Positions 1-21,830 of a stretch of DNA of 64,000 nt are shown here, piece by piece (positions within the stretch are counted from its first letter, which is position 1; every line of letters begins with the position of its first letter). The notes under the pieces were generated by a model that was not told where the DNA came from, made no database searches, and saw only the letters and a program-made list of their open reading frames with translations. This DNA is from Bugula neritina (lineage: Eukaryota > Animalia > Bryozoa), in NCBI GenBank assembly GCA_964035545.1, contig OZ037765.1:558001-622000 (forward strand), read 5' to 3'. Position numbers and translations under genes: made by a program.

Positions 1-414
1 AGGGAGGTGACTTCACCAATCACAACGGCACTGGAGGCAAATCCATCTACGGCCACAAGTTTGAGGATGAGAACTTCACCCTGAAGCACACTGGGCCAGG
101 TCTGTTTCCACTCAAGGAGTTACAAATAGATGCAGTAACTTATCTGTTCAAGTAGCACTCTGCAGTACAACAACATTGCTTTATTGTTGGAATGGTTTAA
201 TTTAGGTATACTTTCCATGGCAAATGCTGGACCCGGCACCAACGGCTCCCAGTTCTTCTTGTGCACCGCAGACACCCCTTGGTTGGATGGCAAGCACGTT
301 GTGTTTGGACGAGTCGTTGACGGTATGGATGTGGTTAAGAAGATTGAGGCGGTTGGCTCTCAATCTGGCAAAACCAGCAAAAAGGTTGTGATCGCAGACT
401 GCGGTCAGGTCTAA
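1..414 (+). CDS. Cyclophilin-type peptidyl-prolyl isomerase (PPIA/PPIF-like), last two exons (1-99, 206-414); 5' part is outside the window
   Basis: [33 protein letters not shown] | [47 protein letters not shown]...IADCGQV*; GT-AG intron 100-205. Confidence 0.95.
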
Positions 415-1355
415 ACTTGGAGGACTCAAATCTATTAGTGCAATTCTCACTGAACAATTTTCTTCTCTATATTGTATATTCTGACCTCTTGTGTTTTCAT
501 ACTTTGTTTCTGTGAAACATTATTGTTTTATACTTTGTCTTGTAATCTGTTGAAGCAGCTTTTTCTTGGCAATACAACGGTATCTATATAATACTGAAAC
601 AGTATCTATATAATACTGAAACAGTATCTATATGTCTGATGAGCTTGAGAGCATGTCTAGCATTCTATATGTGTTGGTGAAAAGAGAAAGTGCAATGCAG
701 TATCTGCAATATGAGGCTAAAATATAGCTGTCTGGTGCTAAATTATTAGTTGGGGTGCAACATTGACTTCTAGATTGAAGTGCATTTGAGAGCATCTAAT
801 TGTTGCTGCTGTACAAATTATGGTTTTCAAAGAAATCCTGATCAGTATATGCTAAGCTTTGTGAAATGGGTGGCTCTGCTCAGTCTTAAAATTGTCACAA
901 CATGAAAAAGTGTGTTGAGGGAGTGTAAAAGTTCAATGTCAGCTTAATTCAGTTGGTTCCTCATCTTTAGCTGAACAGATTATGATTGTTTCTTGTAATT
1001 AATTAATTGGGACAAGTTGCTAACCAATATTTGTACCCGTTGCTGAGTGCTAGAACTGACCCTTTCATGTGCAGTGGTCGCCACTTGCATAGTACCAATT
1101 GAAACTTCATTGAGCTTCCTCATTCAGATTTGTAACCTTGACCTGTATCCGGAACGTACTGAGGCTCCACCATTTTATTAAACTCGAGGATTGCTAGATG
1201 CAGCACAAACTTTGTAGTCATTGAGTGCAGCAATTATATGCATACTGCACGCCCCAGAGCACTGCATACAGTGACCCCTCAACATTGTGCTGCATTACGC
1301 AGCTCCATTCTACTACCAACTAGTTACTAGTCTATTATTTCAGTATTACCATGAA

Positions 1356-1392
1356 CATCGAACTCAATAATATTAACTTTTTCAGCTCAGTG
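1356..1392 (+). mobile_element. 37-bp P-element remnant (both termini fused) flanked by 8-bp TSD ACCATGAA
   Basis: Starts CATCGAACTCAATAATATTAACT (cf. CAATGAACTCAATAATTATTAACT at 59777), ends CAGCTCAGTG (identical to 63151-63160); ACCATGAA at 1348-1355 and 1393-1400. Confidence 0.85.
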
Positions 1393-1469
1393 ACCATGAA
1401 TTTCTACGCGGCTTTTCAAGTTCTCAATTATATTTGAAAAATATTTGTGTTTCTGTATTGTTTTATAAA

Positions 1470-2190
1470 GATTGCCTCATATCACTATGAATCACTATAA
1501 ATATTCATTTATATTCAATATAAATGAATATTTATAATATTAATATTAATATTCATATTGGTGATACCCGGCCTAAGTCTCGTAGTCATATTCATACTGA
1601 TATTGATATGGTCATACAATTATTATTATAATTATTGTTCATATGATTATGATATAAATCACAAATAAAATAACATTTTAATTTGCACTTGCACGTAACA
1701 CTCTGAGTTGGACTTGGTGTTTATTATTATATTCATAATCATATTCATATGGATATTGATATTTAATTTCATATTGAGTTTGATAATGAGAGTTTCAGAA
1801 TGAATTGATGTTATCGACTTACGCTACAGACACAGTATTACTACTACTAGTACTACGACAGTACTACTGTTTACTAGTAGTACTACTAGTAATATAAAAT
1901 TAAATATCTGCATTGATATCTATATTGTAATCATAAATACTATCATTATCATTCACTATGAGGATGGTTTATGACCACTACAACTACAAGTACAATTACT
2001 TAATACTTCAACTTAGAGTTTGTAGTTAGTTTAATTTAGCTGTAGGCCTACCTGAGGTTACATTATTTATTTTTATTTTTAGTTGTATAGTATCACTATT
2101 AGTATTACTATTAGCTATACTTATGTTAATAGTAAAGCCAAAAGTAAATAAGCTATAATTAGTAGTACTACTACAGCACTAGAAGTAATG
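1470..2190. repeat. Degenerate 6-bp-periodic (WNTNAN)n tract upstream of the SLC35F5 coding exons
   Basis: 1731-1790 attcat aatcat attcat atggat attgat atttaa tttcat attgag tttgat aatgag; boundaries approximate. Confidence 0.7.
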
Positions 2191-2202
2191 GATTTAGGAG
2201 GA

Positions 2203-2557
2203 AAGTGCAGATATGGAGATATTAGAAATCTCTTAAATGTTGATATATGCGAACCATTAAATTCCAACAATCTAACACTTCTCCTAGATTTTCGAAAATA
2301 ACGGTCTAACACTTTCAACAAATCTCAAATATGTTGATATGTGCAAACCACTGAAATCTAAAAGCCTAACACTTTAACACACACTTTCAACAGATATGAA
2401 ACACTAGTCAACCCTTGCCTAACAGTTGTATCCATAGTTTTCTACACTTTCGAAACTGTTGGTATGGCTGATCTAATAAAAGTGTAACTCAGTAAGAGCT
2501 TTCAACAAAATGCCATTCAGTGAGCAAATGTTCCTCAAAATCTCCATTTCTGCACTT
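2203..2557. mobile_element. MITE-like element with about 27-bp imperfect terminal inverted repeats
   Basis: Left AAGTGCAGATATGGAGATATTAGAAA versus reverse complement of right end AAGTGCAGAAATGGAGATTTTGAGGAA; internal direct repeats (CTAACACTT); no clear TSD. Confidence 0.55.
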
Positions 2558-3015
2558 AACTGGGATTTGAATCAATAAGTGTAAAATACAATAAATTTAA
2601 GTCTCGTAACTAAATTTGAGTGGGTATGATATTTAGCAATGACAATGAAAAATTAAGTTCAGCTTTTATGTTATCCATTCATGATCATAGCTCATTGAGA
2701 CATCAATGCGATGATAAAAGCAAAGTAACTACTTTGACACATAAAAGTCCTCCAATAGCAAAACCCATTAAACGTTTTTAAAATACCAATGCTAAATTTC
2801 AATAATTGCATTTTGTCCAGACAATAAAGTATCTTTCAATGATGATCACAAGAGCTTAGTTCTTATTATACTTATTCTGAAAGTTCGCTATTGACTTTGG
2901 AAATATAATCAGTTAGAACCTGTTAGTTGATTCAATTTCGGTAATATTTTTGCTGCTTTTGTTTTTCCAGATACAGGACAAGTATATATGCTGCTAAAGA
3001 AGTGTCCTATGAATA

Positions 3016-6000
3016 ATGTTTGACTCATTATCGGGAAAACAGCGACTCATACTGGGATTGTTTCTGTTATTTCTAGTTGACCTAATATGGGTGGGGTCAT
3101 CTGAACTAACCGAGGTGAGTGGTTATGGCTCTATAGTCTACACTCTACACCTGTAAGTATACTAGATGTAATAACTCAGTACTATACATTATCTGAAGTA
3201 TATGTAGACCAGTGTCTCTTATTCTTTGTTTCAGTACATATTCAAGACTGTCAATTATGACAAACCATTCTTCACAACTTACTTCAAGACGGCCATGTTT
3301 GTGGTATATCTTAGCGGATTTCTTTTCAAACTGTCATGGAGACAGAGATGTCACTGGCCAAAGGTAAGGAAGAATAGCTAAACTTCAAATTGAGAAAACA
3401 ACCAGATTTACTAACACTTTGTCATAATTGTGTCAGACTAAACCGTAACTCAAACAAACTTTCCACCTTTTACCCATTTGTAATGTTTGTTAGTGGCTAT
3501 ATGTATACTATATATTATATTTAAATTGTTATATATCATGTATTATTACTATATATTATATTTAAATTATTATACATCATGTATTATTACTATATATTAC
3601 ATTTAAATTATAATACATCATGTATTACATACTGTAATATATTATATTTAAAGTAGAAAGATGTTACTTTTACAGCAGACATCTGCACCAGAAACTGAGA
3701 GCTCCCAGAACCTGGTTGGTGAATATTCTACAGCTAATATATTGTCTTATTATCATACTCGTGTCTCTAGATTTGGAGTACAATGGTTTGTTTTATTCTG
3801 AGCTACTTGCAAATACTGAACATTATTCAAGTTGAAGGATCATAGAGTTGTCAATGAACCTCTGTGCTACATGGTAACTAGTTATTATGTTGTATTGGAA
3901 GGTAACGTAGGTTTGATATTGCAGAGTGACCCGGTGTATGTACCAATCAACCAGGACGATGGCTACAGTAGCATAGACAGTGATGATAACGGTATCGTAT
4001 CTACTAACTAATAGTAATAGTACCAGTAGCAGTGGTAGTAGTAGTACTAGTAGTAGTATATAGTAGTAGTAGTAGTAGCAGCAGCAGCAGTAGTACTAGT
4101 AGTAGTAGTAGTAGTGGCAGTAGCAGTAGTACTAGTAGTAGTAGTAGTAGTAATAGTAGTGGTAGTGGCAGTGGCAGTAGCAGTAGTAACAATTGTTTTT
4201 GTATCAACAGATATTGGACCAATCAGCAGCTCCCTTACTCAGTCCCTCCCATCCACTAAGAATGTAGCGTCACGTAAAGCCGTCAGGTTCAGTGATCACA
4301 CAGAGATTAGAGTCATGGCCGACACTCACGCAGAGGAAGCTAACTTAGCCCGACTCTCCTACAGCGACTTCCTGAAAAGACAGGCGGAGGAGGCTAGACG
4401 TAACAGGAAGTTCCCCGTACCCACCGTCTGCAAACTGGCTATAGTTTTCTGCGTCTTGGTAGGTCAAAAACTACTCGTTGCTAGGTACACGTTGCTAGGG
4501 ACTCGTATCTAAGGGTTCGTTGCTAAGAACTCGTTGCTAAATACTCATATTTTCTTTGTTGTCTCCCCTTGCAGTGGTTTCTGGCCATATTTGCCTACCA
4601 GGAGGCGCTGCTCCTCTCTGAAGCTGCTATAGTCAACATTCTGTCCTCTGTCTCCGCCCTCTTTACTCTCGTGTTAGCAGCCGTCTGGCCGAGTGGACCC
4701 GGCGACAAGTTTACTCTCTCCAAGTTCCTGGCAGTCCTACTCAGGTACTGCTATTACTACTTCTACTACTACTACTACTACTAGTACTATCACTACTACT
4801 AGTACTACTACTACTACTACTACTACTAGTACTAGTACTACTAGTACTACTACTACTAGTACTACTACTACTACTACTAGTACTAGTACTACTACTACTA
4901 CTACTACTACTATTAGTACTGCTACTGATTACACTGTTAGTATCTCTCTTTAGTCTGGGAGGCACAGTCATGGTCTGTCTCTCCGATGCCAAGCTGGAAC
5001 TCAAGTTCCCCGCCGGCTCCATGTGGGCCATAGTTGGTGCTGTCGCCTACGCTCTCTACTTGGTCACTCTCAAACGTAAAGTCAGCGATGACCGGCAGCT
5101 CGACGTACCCATGTTCTTTGGTGAGTTGCTATACAGTAGGTAAACATACTCCATATGTTAGACAAAATAATACGCCCCTGAATAAATACTGTCAAGTTTA
5201 GACATACCTAAACGATACTTTTTGTTGTATTACTGTTGAAATATTTAAATATGGCTATCAATTCCTATCAGTAACTGACAAGACACTAATCATCAATGTC
5301 ATGTGGTGTGACACAGTGTCAACACATGGTGTGACACAGTGTCAACACATGGTGTGACACAGTGTCAACACATGGTGTGACACATGGTGTGACACAGTGT
5401 CAACACATGGTGTGACACAGTGTCAACACATGGTATCCTACAGTGTGCTCTCATACAGGGTTTGTTGGTCTGTTCAACGTGGTGATACTCTGGCCAGGGC
5501 TGCTGCTCCTTCACTACACCAAACTGGAGAGTTTCCAGATTCCCGACAGCACCCAGTGGCTGCTCATGTTGGCCAACGGCCTGATTGGTACCGTGCTGTC
5601 TGAGCTACTTTGGCTCTGGTGAGTGTTTGCTGCCGATCTTATGGATTGGCTCTGGTGAGTGTTTGCTGCCCATCTTATGGAAGTCATTCAGTAACTTCTT
5701 GTTTTTATGTAAGAAAATGCTGGTTTTAGGGGCTGCTTTTTGACGTCCTCTCTGATAGGTACTTTGGCACTCAGTCTAACCACACCTCTCACCATGATCT
5801 TCGACATATTTATTAAAAATGTGAGTAAAATAACTATTACTAATTATTATAATACTATTACTAGTACTAGTAATACTAGTAGTAGTACTACTAGTACTAC
5901 TACTACTAGTACTAGTACTATTACTATTACTACTACTATACTACTGCTACTACTACTACTACTACTAGTACTACTACTATTACTATACTACTGCTACTAC

Positions 6001-6410
6001 TACCACTACTACTACTTCTACCACCACCGCTTCTACTACTATATTTTCTACAGATATCCTACAACTGGATGTTCTACGTTGGTGTAGGTCCAGTATTCTT
6101 ATCGTTTCTGCTAGTCACTGCTCTCTCTCACTATGATAACTGGGACCCTGCACTTGTCGGACTCAAGAAACTTACTAAATGTATAACACGATCTCTACGA
6201 CACGCAAGGTAACATACTCTTAGACTAATATTCTAGTGTATTCTCTCAGACTACTACTAGTGTATTCTTTCAGACTACTACTAGTGTATTCTCTCAGACT
6301 ACTACTAGTGTATACTCTTAGACTAATATTCTAGTGTATGTTTCAGACTAAGAGAGATGGACACCGAGACAAGACAGCATCTTATATCTTCTGCTAAGTC
6401 CTCAGACTAA
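3016..6410 (+). CDS. SLC35F5: Solute carrier family 35 member F5 (DMT/EamA transporter), 11 coding exons, about 462 aa
   Basis: Exons 3016-3114, 3235-3363, 3676-3714, 3925-3991, 4211-4458, 4575-4744, 4954-5120, 5459-5618, 5730-5820, 6054-6208, 6347-6410 join in frame; motifs [83 protein letters not shown]. Confidence 0.93.
4003..4190. repeat. (TAG/CAG)n microsatellite filling a SLC35F5 intron; similar (TAC)n tracts at 4746-4925 and 5832-6040
   Basis: Directly visible; source of the poly-S/V/L/T ORFs. Confidence 0.9.
5300..5435. repeat. 23-bp intronic minisatellite CATGGTGTGACACAGTGTCAACA, about 5 copies
   Basis: Directly visible; unit contains the quasi-palindrome TGACACAGTGTCA. Confidence 0.9.
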
Positions 6411-7347
6411 CTAGAGTTACCTCCCCCGAGTTTTTCCTGTTCCGCCTTTTGCACTCCTTGTCATAATATATAAACGGGTCCATATCACAGTCTAGCTTGT
6501 CACTGTGTTACTACTCTGTGTGTTACTGCTCAATACTCACTCTATTTGTATTTTCTATACTGAGTGGATAACTCACAGTATATTATACAAGTCTATTCTA
6601 TGTCAATCTAAGTCTTATTAATTTAAATATATTATATTTTGTTTTTTACTAACGTGCTCTATTTATTGTATTTACAGAATATACTATATTTTAATATGAT
6701 ATTAAATTATGAATATAAAGTGTTATAGTATAATTATGTGATTACTAGTAACTACTGCTAACGTTTTGCCTCAAATCTACTTGCTTTGCCTGTGGATGAG
6801 AAGTTGAATTATGACTCAATACTAGGAATAGTGCGCTCAAGCTTGATTGTACAGCATATAATTAGGAGTTGTGTTTCTTGCAAATAATCAAATATGATGG
6901 ACACATCAACTATATTGTACACACATAATATATACACACATATATTTAAAATGTATTGGAAATTGCAACATTACGTAATCCTGACACAATGTTCAGGAAG
7001 TTGGTAGAAGATGTTGACTACATAACAATGTCACTAGTTGATGAAACTAGTCACCTGAGAGGTCAGTTGGGAGTGACAGGCTTACAAATGTCTGCTTTCA
7101 CTGTCCAGTTGTTCAACACGTAAAATGAAACAAGCCTTTGGACAACGTGATTATGATCAACCATCTAGTAAAAAGATTCCACCCCTGTGAATTGTAAAGT
7201 TAATAAGTCTCCTTTATTGTCTTGTCGGAATAATATACTCCAATATCATATGTGAAGCGGCCACTAATAAATTTGATCATGTGACCAAACACAGTCATGT
7301 GACTAGAGAGTTTTGTGACAATAAACAGTCACACATTTAGCTTCTCA

Positions 7348-16211
<8,864 letters not shown>

Positions 16212-16959
16212 CTTGTCACCAGCTGAGTTTCTATTTATCTAGAAATAGAATCCACCATTTCTTAATTTAAAGTCAATAGAAAGCATGTGAATGCAAGATT
16301 AAACTATAAGTATATGGTTGGGCAAGGACTGTGAACATTGTGGTGAGACCCACTACATGTTGACAATTTTAGTAAACAACAATAACAACAAGTTAATATT
16401 AGTGGCTGCATCTTATATAGTTTAATATTAGCTTGCAGAAATATACTTTCTGTCAGCAATACAAAACAGTATTACATGATATTAATAAAAATATGAGGTT
16501 TAATTTGTGTAGATATAAATACCCATCCAATAATACCGATACAAAAGTCACATGACTTGCACACATACATACAGCTCTAAGCAGCCCACAACACACAAGA
16601 ATCTTAGAAATTTGATGCATCCCATTGTAACACTTTCCTTAGTTTCTCTGAATCAACTAATGATGACATTATGCAGATAATCTCTTGTTCCAGACAAAAC
16701 CAAATATTTATCTGCAGGTGATAAACAATTGAAAGAATACTGACAATTATGCTATTACATACGAAATAAAAATAACTGATGGAGTTATTAACATATATTA
16801 GTTTAGGCTCAATCTGATAAAATCAGCTCATAAACGAATATATGCCTTAGATTGGAGTAAAAGTTAAAAATCTAACCCCACTATAACTACAAGTGAATCT
16901 TCCGCTTTATAGAAATAAAACTATCATCTTCAAGTGTGGGCTTACTAACCACTTTCAGG

Positions 16960-18200
16960 AGGGGGAGTTGATAGTAAACCCTTACTCCCACTGAGTGTGA
17001 CTAATAATGCGAGTAACTATCAACGAAAGAGCAACATTAAAAGTTACTGCAACTTGAAGACCAACAGTTAATAGTAAGACTAATAGTAATTAGTAAGAGT
17101 TAGACTTGCTGCAACAATCCAACCCTCTATAAATTAGATAGAGTTAAATTTAAAGTCGATGAATAATGATAAAAATAAATATGACGAGTAAGAGTGAGAG
17201 TATGACACTGACTATTACTATCAGTATCATAGTAACGTCTAATGATATCTTGGACTAAAACTATGGCTCTGCCTATAGCTAATATAGTCATAGCTCCTAC
17301 TCATACTGATTCTGCAAGTATCATACTTGAAGTAAGTGTAACTCACAACTGTGAAACTAACATCAAATAATATTGATATTTGATGCCATAACTAATAGTA
17401 ATATTTATAGTAATTAACGCCAACATAAACACTAACTGCATGTGAGCAACATTATCATTATGATTATGATTAAAAGAGATTGAGAGTAAGGCTAGATGCA
17501 ACACTTAACCTTAAACATTATCACCATGAATAGCACTGACATTAACAGTATGACTATGGGTATCAGTACACTGCACATATAATTATGTTATATAGTGAGC
17601 ATCGTTATGAGTATACGTAACACTAACTCTAAGAGTAAGAGTAAGTCTAAACCTAACAGTAACATAAACAGTAACTTAGTGAGTAACACTAATTCAAATT
17701 GTCACTGACAAGTCAATAGACAACTAATGGAGTATTAGTACGAAGTAACACAAACTCAGTTAGTGTTACTTTAACTCTAAGTTCATACCAGTAGTATTAG
17801 TATTACTAGTATTAGTCACTATTAGTATTACTATTACTATTAGTACTAGTAATACTTCATTACTTATACTTATAGTTATTACTTCTCACTCAAGTTAGTA
17901 AGTAGTAACCGTTACACTTACTGTAAGTTTACGACTACGACTAAGAGTAACACTCACAGTAACTGTAAGAGTTAGTCTTAGACTTAGTGTAACCGACTAA
18001 CACCAACAGTAACTGTAAGGATAAGTTTTAATTTTGCTTAGGTAAAATAAATTAAATAATTAATGATAGCGACACTTAAAGTGAGCCGTTATTGCCAATA
18101 TGCAGTACGAGTACAAGTGTTACTTTTAAGATTAGTTAAATCATATTCATATTGGATAAATTGATACAATTAATACTAAAATTACGGACTATCATCATAG
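16960..18200. repeat. Degenerate (WNTNAN)n tract upstream of the KYNU ATG
   Basis: 17940-17993 actaag agtaac actcac agtaac tgtaag agttag tcttag acttag tgtaac; boundaries approximate. Confidence 0.75.
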
Positions 18201-18240
18201 CCCATGCCTACGGCGACTGCAGAGCATGAGCTTTAAGAAA

Positions 18241-18261
18241 GGGGCGTGGTCAACCCACGTG
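18241..18261. promoter_or_regulatory. GC-box-like GGGGCGTGGT plus E-box CACGTG, probable KYNU promoter
   Basis: Motif match in a short CpG-containing patch directly distal to the periodic tract; function inferred. Confidence 0.35.
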
Positions 18262-18717
18262 TGTCTTTCGGTCATTCATCCACTGTTCAACGTTATTAAA
18301 TAGATAATTATACAGAAGTTAAGCACACAAATAAACAAAAGCAACAAAATAATTATTTGGTTATAACGTTATTAACACGGTCACAATAGAATAATGCTAT
18401 ATAGTATATAGTATATTCATATTGATAATTCACCAATGAACAAAAATGAAATACTATCGCCATTACCACACATCATTTCAATATCCACTGCACGCAGCTA
18501 CTTTGAAAATACGAGATCAGTTGAAAAAAATTAAAAATTATACATTTGCTCACTACTTTTATCATATAATTATATTTGAAAAGTAAAAGAAACTTATTAT
18601 ATTATGTTAATTATATTATTTCTTTCGAAATAGCAGAGGAAACAACTCTATATAAAGAACATGCCCTAGTCATCCGCTTGATCATAGGGTTATTATATAA
18701 TACAATAATATTATCAT

Positions 18718-18931
18718 GGGGGACTTTAGGTAAAAATGGCATTATGAGTAAAAATGGCACACTGATGTCAAGCTTTTCTCAAACCCTAGCACGTCACCCA
18801 AAACCCCAAACTCAAACTATATAAACCCCCCATCCCCCACTCCAAACCCTAATATTATAAATGCATTTGCTAATTTTACCTACTTTTCCATTTGCGCCAT
18901 TATTACCTGTGCCATTTTTACCGGACACCCC
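18718..18931. mobile_element. About 215-bp MITE-like element with imperfect terminal inverted repeats
   Basis: Left GGGGGACTTTAGGTAAAAATGGCA versus reverse complement of right end GGGGTGTCCGGTAAAAATGGCA; subterminal GTAA(A/T)AATGGC reiterated; AAACCC-rich core. Confidence 0.55.
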
Positions 18932-20201
18932 TATGAAGAGTATAGATGTGCTATAGTATACCAAATTCGGCGCAAATTGTTGCATACAATTATGCTTAGA
19001 AAATATGCATGTATAATATTACTATAGTAATATATTATAATATGTACGAAAACTTTGTCATTTTATTTACTGGGGAAGCAACTCCCAAATAAAGTTGCTT
19101 CCAACTAACATACTATATTACAGATCCATAAATATGCATACATGTTACTCAATAAAATGTAAAGCGATGAAAACAATATTTGTAGAGCAGCAAATATTCT
19201 AATGATATAAATGAGTTTATTTTTGTCACAAAGTAAAAGTGTTCATTTAATATTTTGTTCAACAAAAGCATGACAAATCATGATTTTCTCATTTCAGACA
19301 AAAGATCTTGCAATTGGTATTAAATTGACATTTTGAATTACCATGCCAGCTGCTTTGTAGGTTTTCCTAAGTTATAAAGGGATCATGTGGATATTGGCAA
19401 TGCATGTGAAAATCATCTGAAGTGGGTAGGCAACTACTTATTACAGCCAGAAGTTGATGGTATTTTGTTAAGATAGCACCAATTGCATAATGAAGTATGA
19501 ATCTTACAATCCCACCTATAAACTATCTGCCATTTAAATGCACACCATTTATTTTCAAACAATACATGTTAGTGACGAACACTTAATACATAAAACACAT
19601 TACTACACTTAATCAGTTAACAAAACACTGGCCTATCACTGCATGGCACAACTAAATTATCATTTTTGGCCTTCTAAATAAGCAAGATTATAGAAAATGG
19701 GTCAATGCCAACTAAACGTCTTATTGAATGTCTTAAAGTGACAGAAATGAGACCTGCATAGTATACAATGTTGAAACAATTGTGATACCTCTGATGCTGT
19801 CATGGATGGGTGCCTTGCCAAAATTACAGAGTTGTATAAAGTACTGCATATGATTACATGTTTCAAGTGCCACAAGTTTCAGCACATATGAAGTATTTTT
19901 CAAATGCAAAAAAAGAGTAAATAAACTCGCAGATCAATAAAGGCAACAAAATATTTATTGTCACATAATTGAAAAATAATAGGGTTATGACATAATTAAA
20001 CCTACAGCAAAACTCTATAGAGGATATGAGAGCATGTCAATATAGAAACACAACAATTAACAAATATTGGGAAGTATACAAAAATAATTTCAGCTATTTC
20101 AAATTCTGGCTATAAAACTAGATCAGGGAATGTCACCATAGAATACTACTGTAAAAATGTACTACTCATGTAGCTATAGAATACACAGCAGTATAATTAA
20201 G

Positions 20202-21149
20202 TTAAATTTTAGAAAATATGTCAGGGTATTGAGTACGCTTTGAAAAAATTGGAATAGGGAGAAGAAAGACAAGCGGAGGTACTGGACCGTATGTTTGTTT
20301 AATATTATGCCAAAATCTCATCTTAGACCAAAACCCTCTGAACCCAGATTTTCTCCAGAGTATTTCCGCCTCATAAGAAGTCAAATCACAAATAACCAAT
20401 AGCAGTTGCCACAGCAACATTCCAAAGGCAAACAACCCGGTTATAAAACTGCTAAATAATACAAATATTAAAAAAAAAGTTGAGAAATCAGTCCACCCGA
20501 GGAGATAATTGAAAAGCGTCACGGGAGGAAAAAAGTGATAAAAGTCTAAACTGAAGATTTCGTAGTACGAGTTTGAAAGATGTCGAGACAAAACCTTGCA
20601 CCCGATATACAATCCGAGTATTATGTAGAAGCAATAGATGGTGAACCGGGCCTGGTTTTGCTGTCCGACACAGGTGGAGACGAAGAAACAATGGTGATCG
20701 CGTTTTACTATACACTTCTGACAGAGTGGACAGTGTCGACATCGTGGAGGTTGGGAATGCTGACATTGGTTGCAGAATGCCCAGTCATTGCCAGGCAACT
20801 GTTTCTCTAATACTGGCTGGTAGTATGCTGGGTATTTTGTGCATAGGTAATAGTTGAGCAGTAAATTAATAAATATGTAAGTAATTAGATAGTTTATGTA
20901 TATTGCATCTGATTTGTATAGATTGTCAGAAAAAGATATTACAATTACGTATACTGAAAAAGTCAGGAAAAAAAAGTAGTATTTAGAAATGACATTGGAA
21001 TATAGGATGAAGCAGTGAATAGGTGGGCGGGGCTTAGTTTCAGTAGAAGACAAGGTCAACTGAGCTGTTGAGGAGGAGAAGGAGGCGCCTGCATTTTTAG
21101 TAACCAAACCAGGTGGCCTGTAGACACTTTGAGGTGGAATATAGCTCAT
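20202..21149 (-). CDS. DHHC palmitoyltransferase (ZDHHC22/24-like), single coding exon, 315 aa
   Basis: CNQCQHSQPPRCRHCPLCQKCIVKRDHHCFFVSTCVGQQNQARF, four hydrophobic segments, LTSYE motif; probable 5'UTR intron from about 21860 to 21187. Confidence 0.9.
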   Translation of the reverse strand: MSYIPPQSVYRPPGLVTKNAGASFSSSTAQLTLSSTETKPRPPIHCFILYSNVISKYYFFFLTFSVYVIVISFSDNLYKSDAIYINYLITYIFINLLLNYYLCTKYPAYYQPVLEKQLPGNDWAFCNQCQHSQPPRCRHCPLCQKCIVKRDHHCFFVSTCVGQQNQARFTIYCFYIILGLYIGCKVLSRHLSNSYYEIFSLDFYHFFPPVTLFNYLLGWTDFSTFFLIFVLFSSFITGLFAFGMLLWQLLLVICDLTSYEAEILWRKSGFRGFWSKMRFWHNIKQTYGPVPPLVFLLPIPIFSKRTQYPDIFSKI

Positions 21150-21569
21150 CAGGTTGATCAGATATAGGCTATTACATAGCTAAACCCTAAAAAAGAAAAA
21201 TCTAAAATGAGGAGGAAGAATGACAATACTAAATAAAGCAAACAATATTTTAAACTTAAAGTTTAGTAGCAGGTGTTATAACAGAAGTAATAAAAGCAAT
21301 ACGCGAAGTCATTGATTATTAAAAACCTATCAGAGGAATTTTTTTTCAAAAGTGATACTTTTTGGTAGTTAAAAAGTATTATTCACATAATCACAGTGCG
21401 ACTAGCTAAAAACTACAACCCTTCACTGTTTATTGCGTTAGTTGATTTGCGGCTAAAAGTAAGAAATGTTTTAGTTTACACCTCATCTATTTCTAATAGA
21501 AACCGGTAAGCGCAAGGCTACACAATTATTATTTTACGTCACCAAAATGAAAAAGTTTAATTTTCAGAG

Positions 21570-21830
21570 CTGTATGAATTGAGTGTATAACTATAGCTAC
21601 AACTATAAATAACACTAACTCAAACTGTAAGTATATTTCACTGTTTCAATTTCGATCTGTTTTGAGTTTGACACAGACAAGCCCAAGGTAGCATCAGTAA
21701 AAAGGTAATACTTATAGTCATTATAATTATAAAACTTATACTCAGTCTGACACTCATAATTATAAGGATAATGCAAGTATAATACAGTAGTCACTAACTA
21801 CCTGTAGTAATAAAAAATGTTATTATATTA
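21570..21830. repeat. Degenerate (WNTNAN)n tract in the inferred ZDHHC first intron
   Basis: 21710-21763 acttat agtcat tataat tataaa acttat actcag tctgac actcat aattat. Confidence 0.7.

Noticed and set aside
4004-6087. Poly-Ser/Thr/Val/Leu ORFs suggesting mucin-like or membrane peptides
   Set aside because: Trinucleotide microsatellites within SLC35F5 introns
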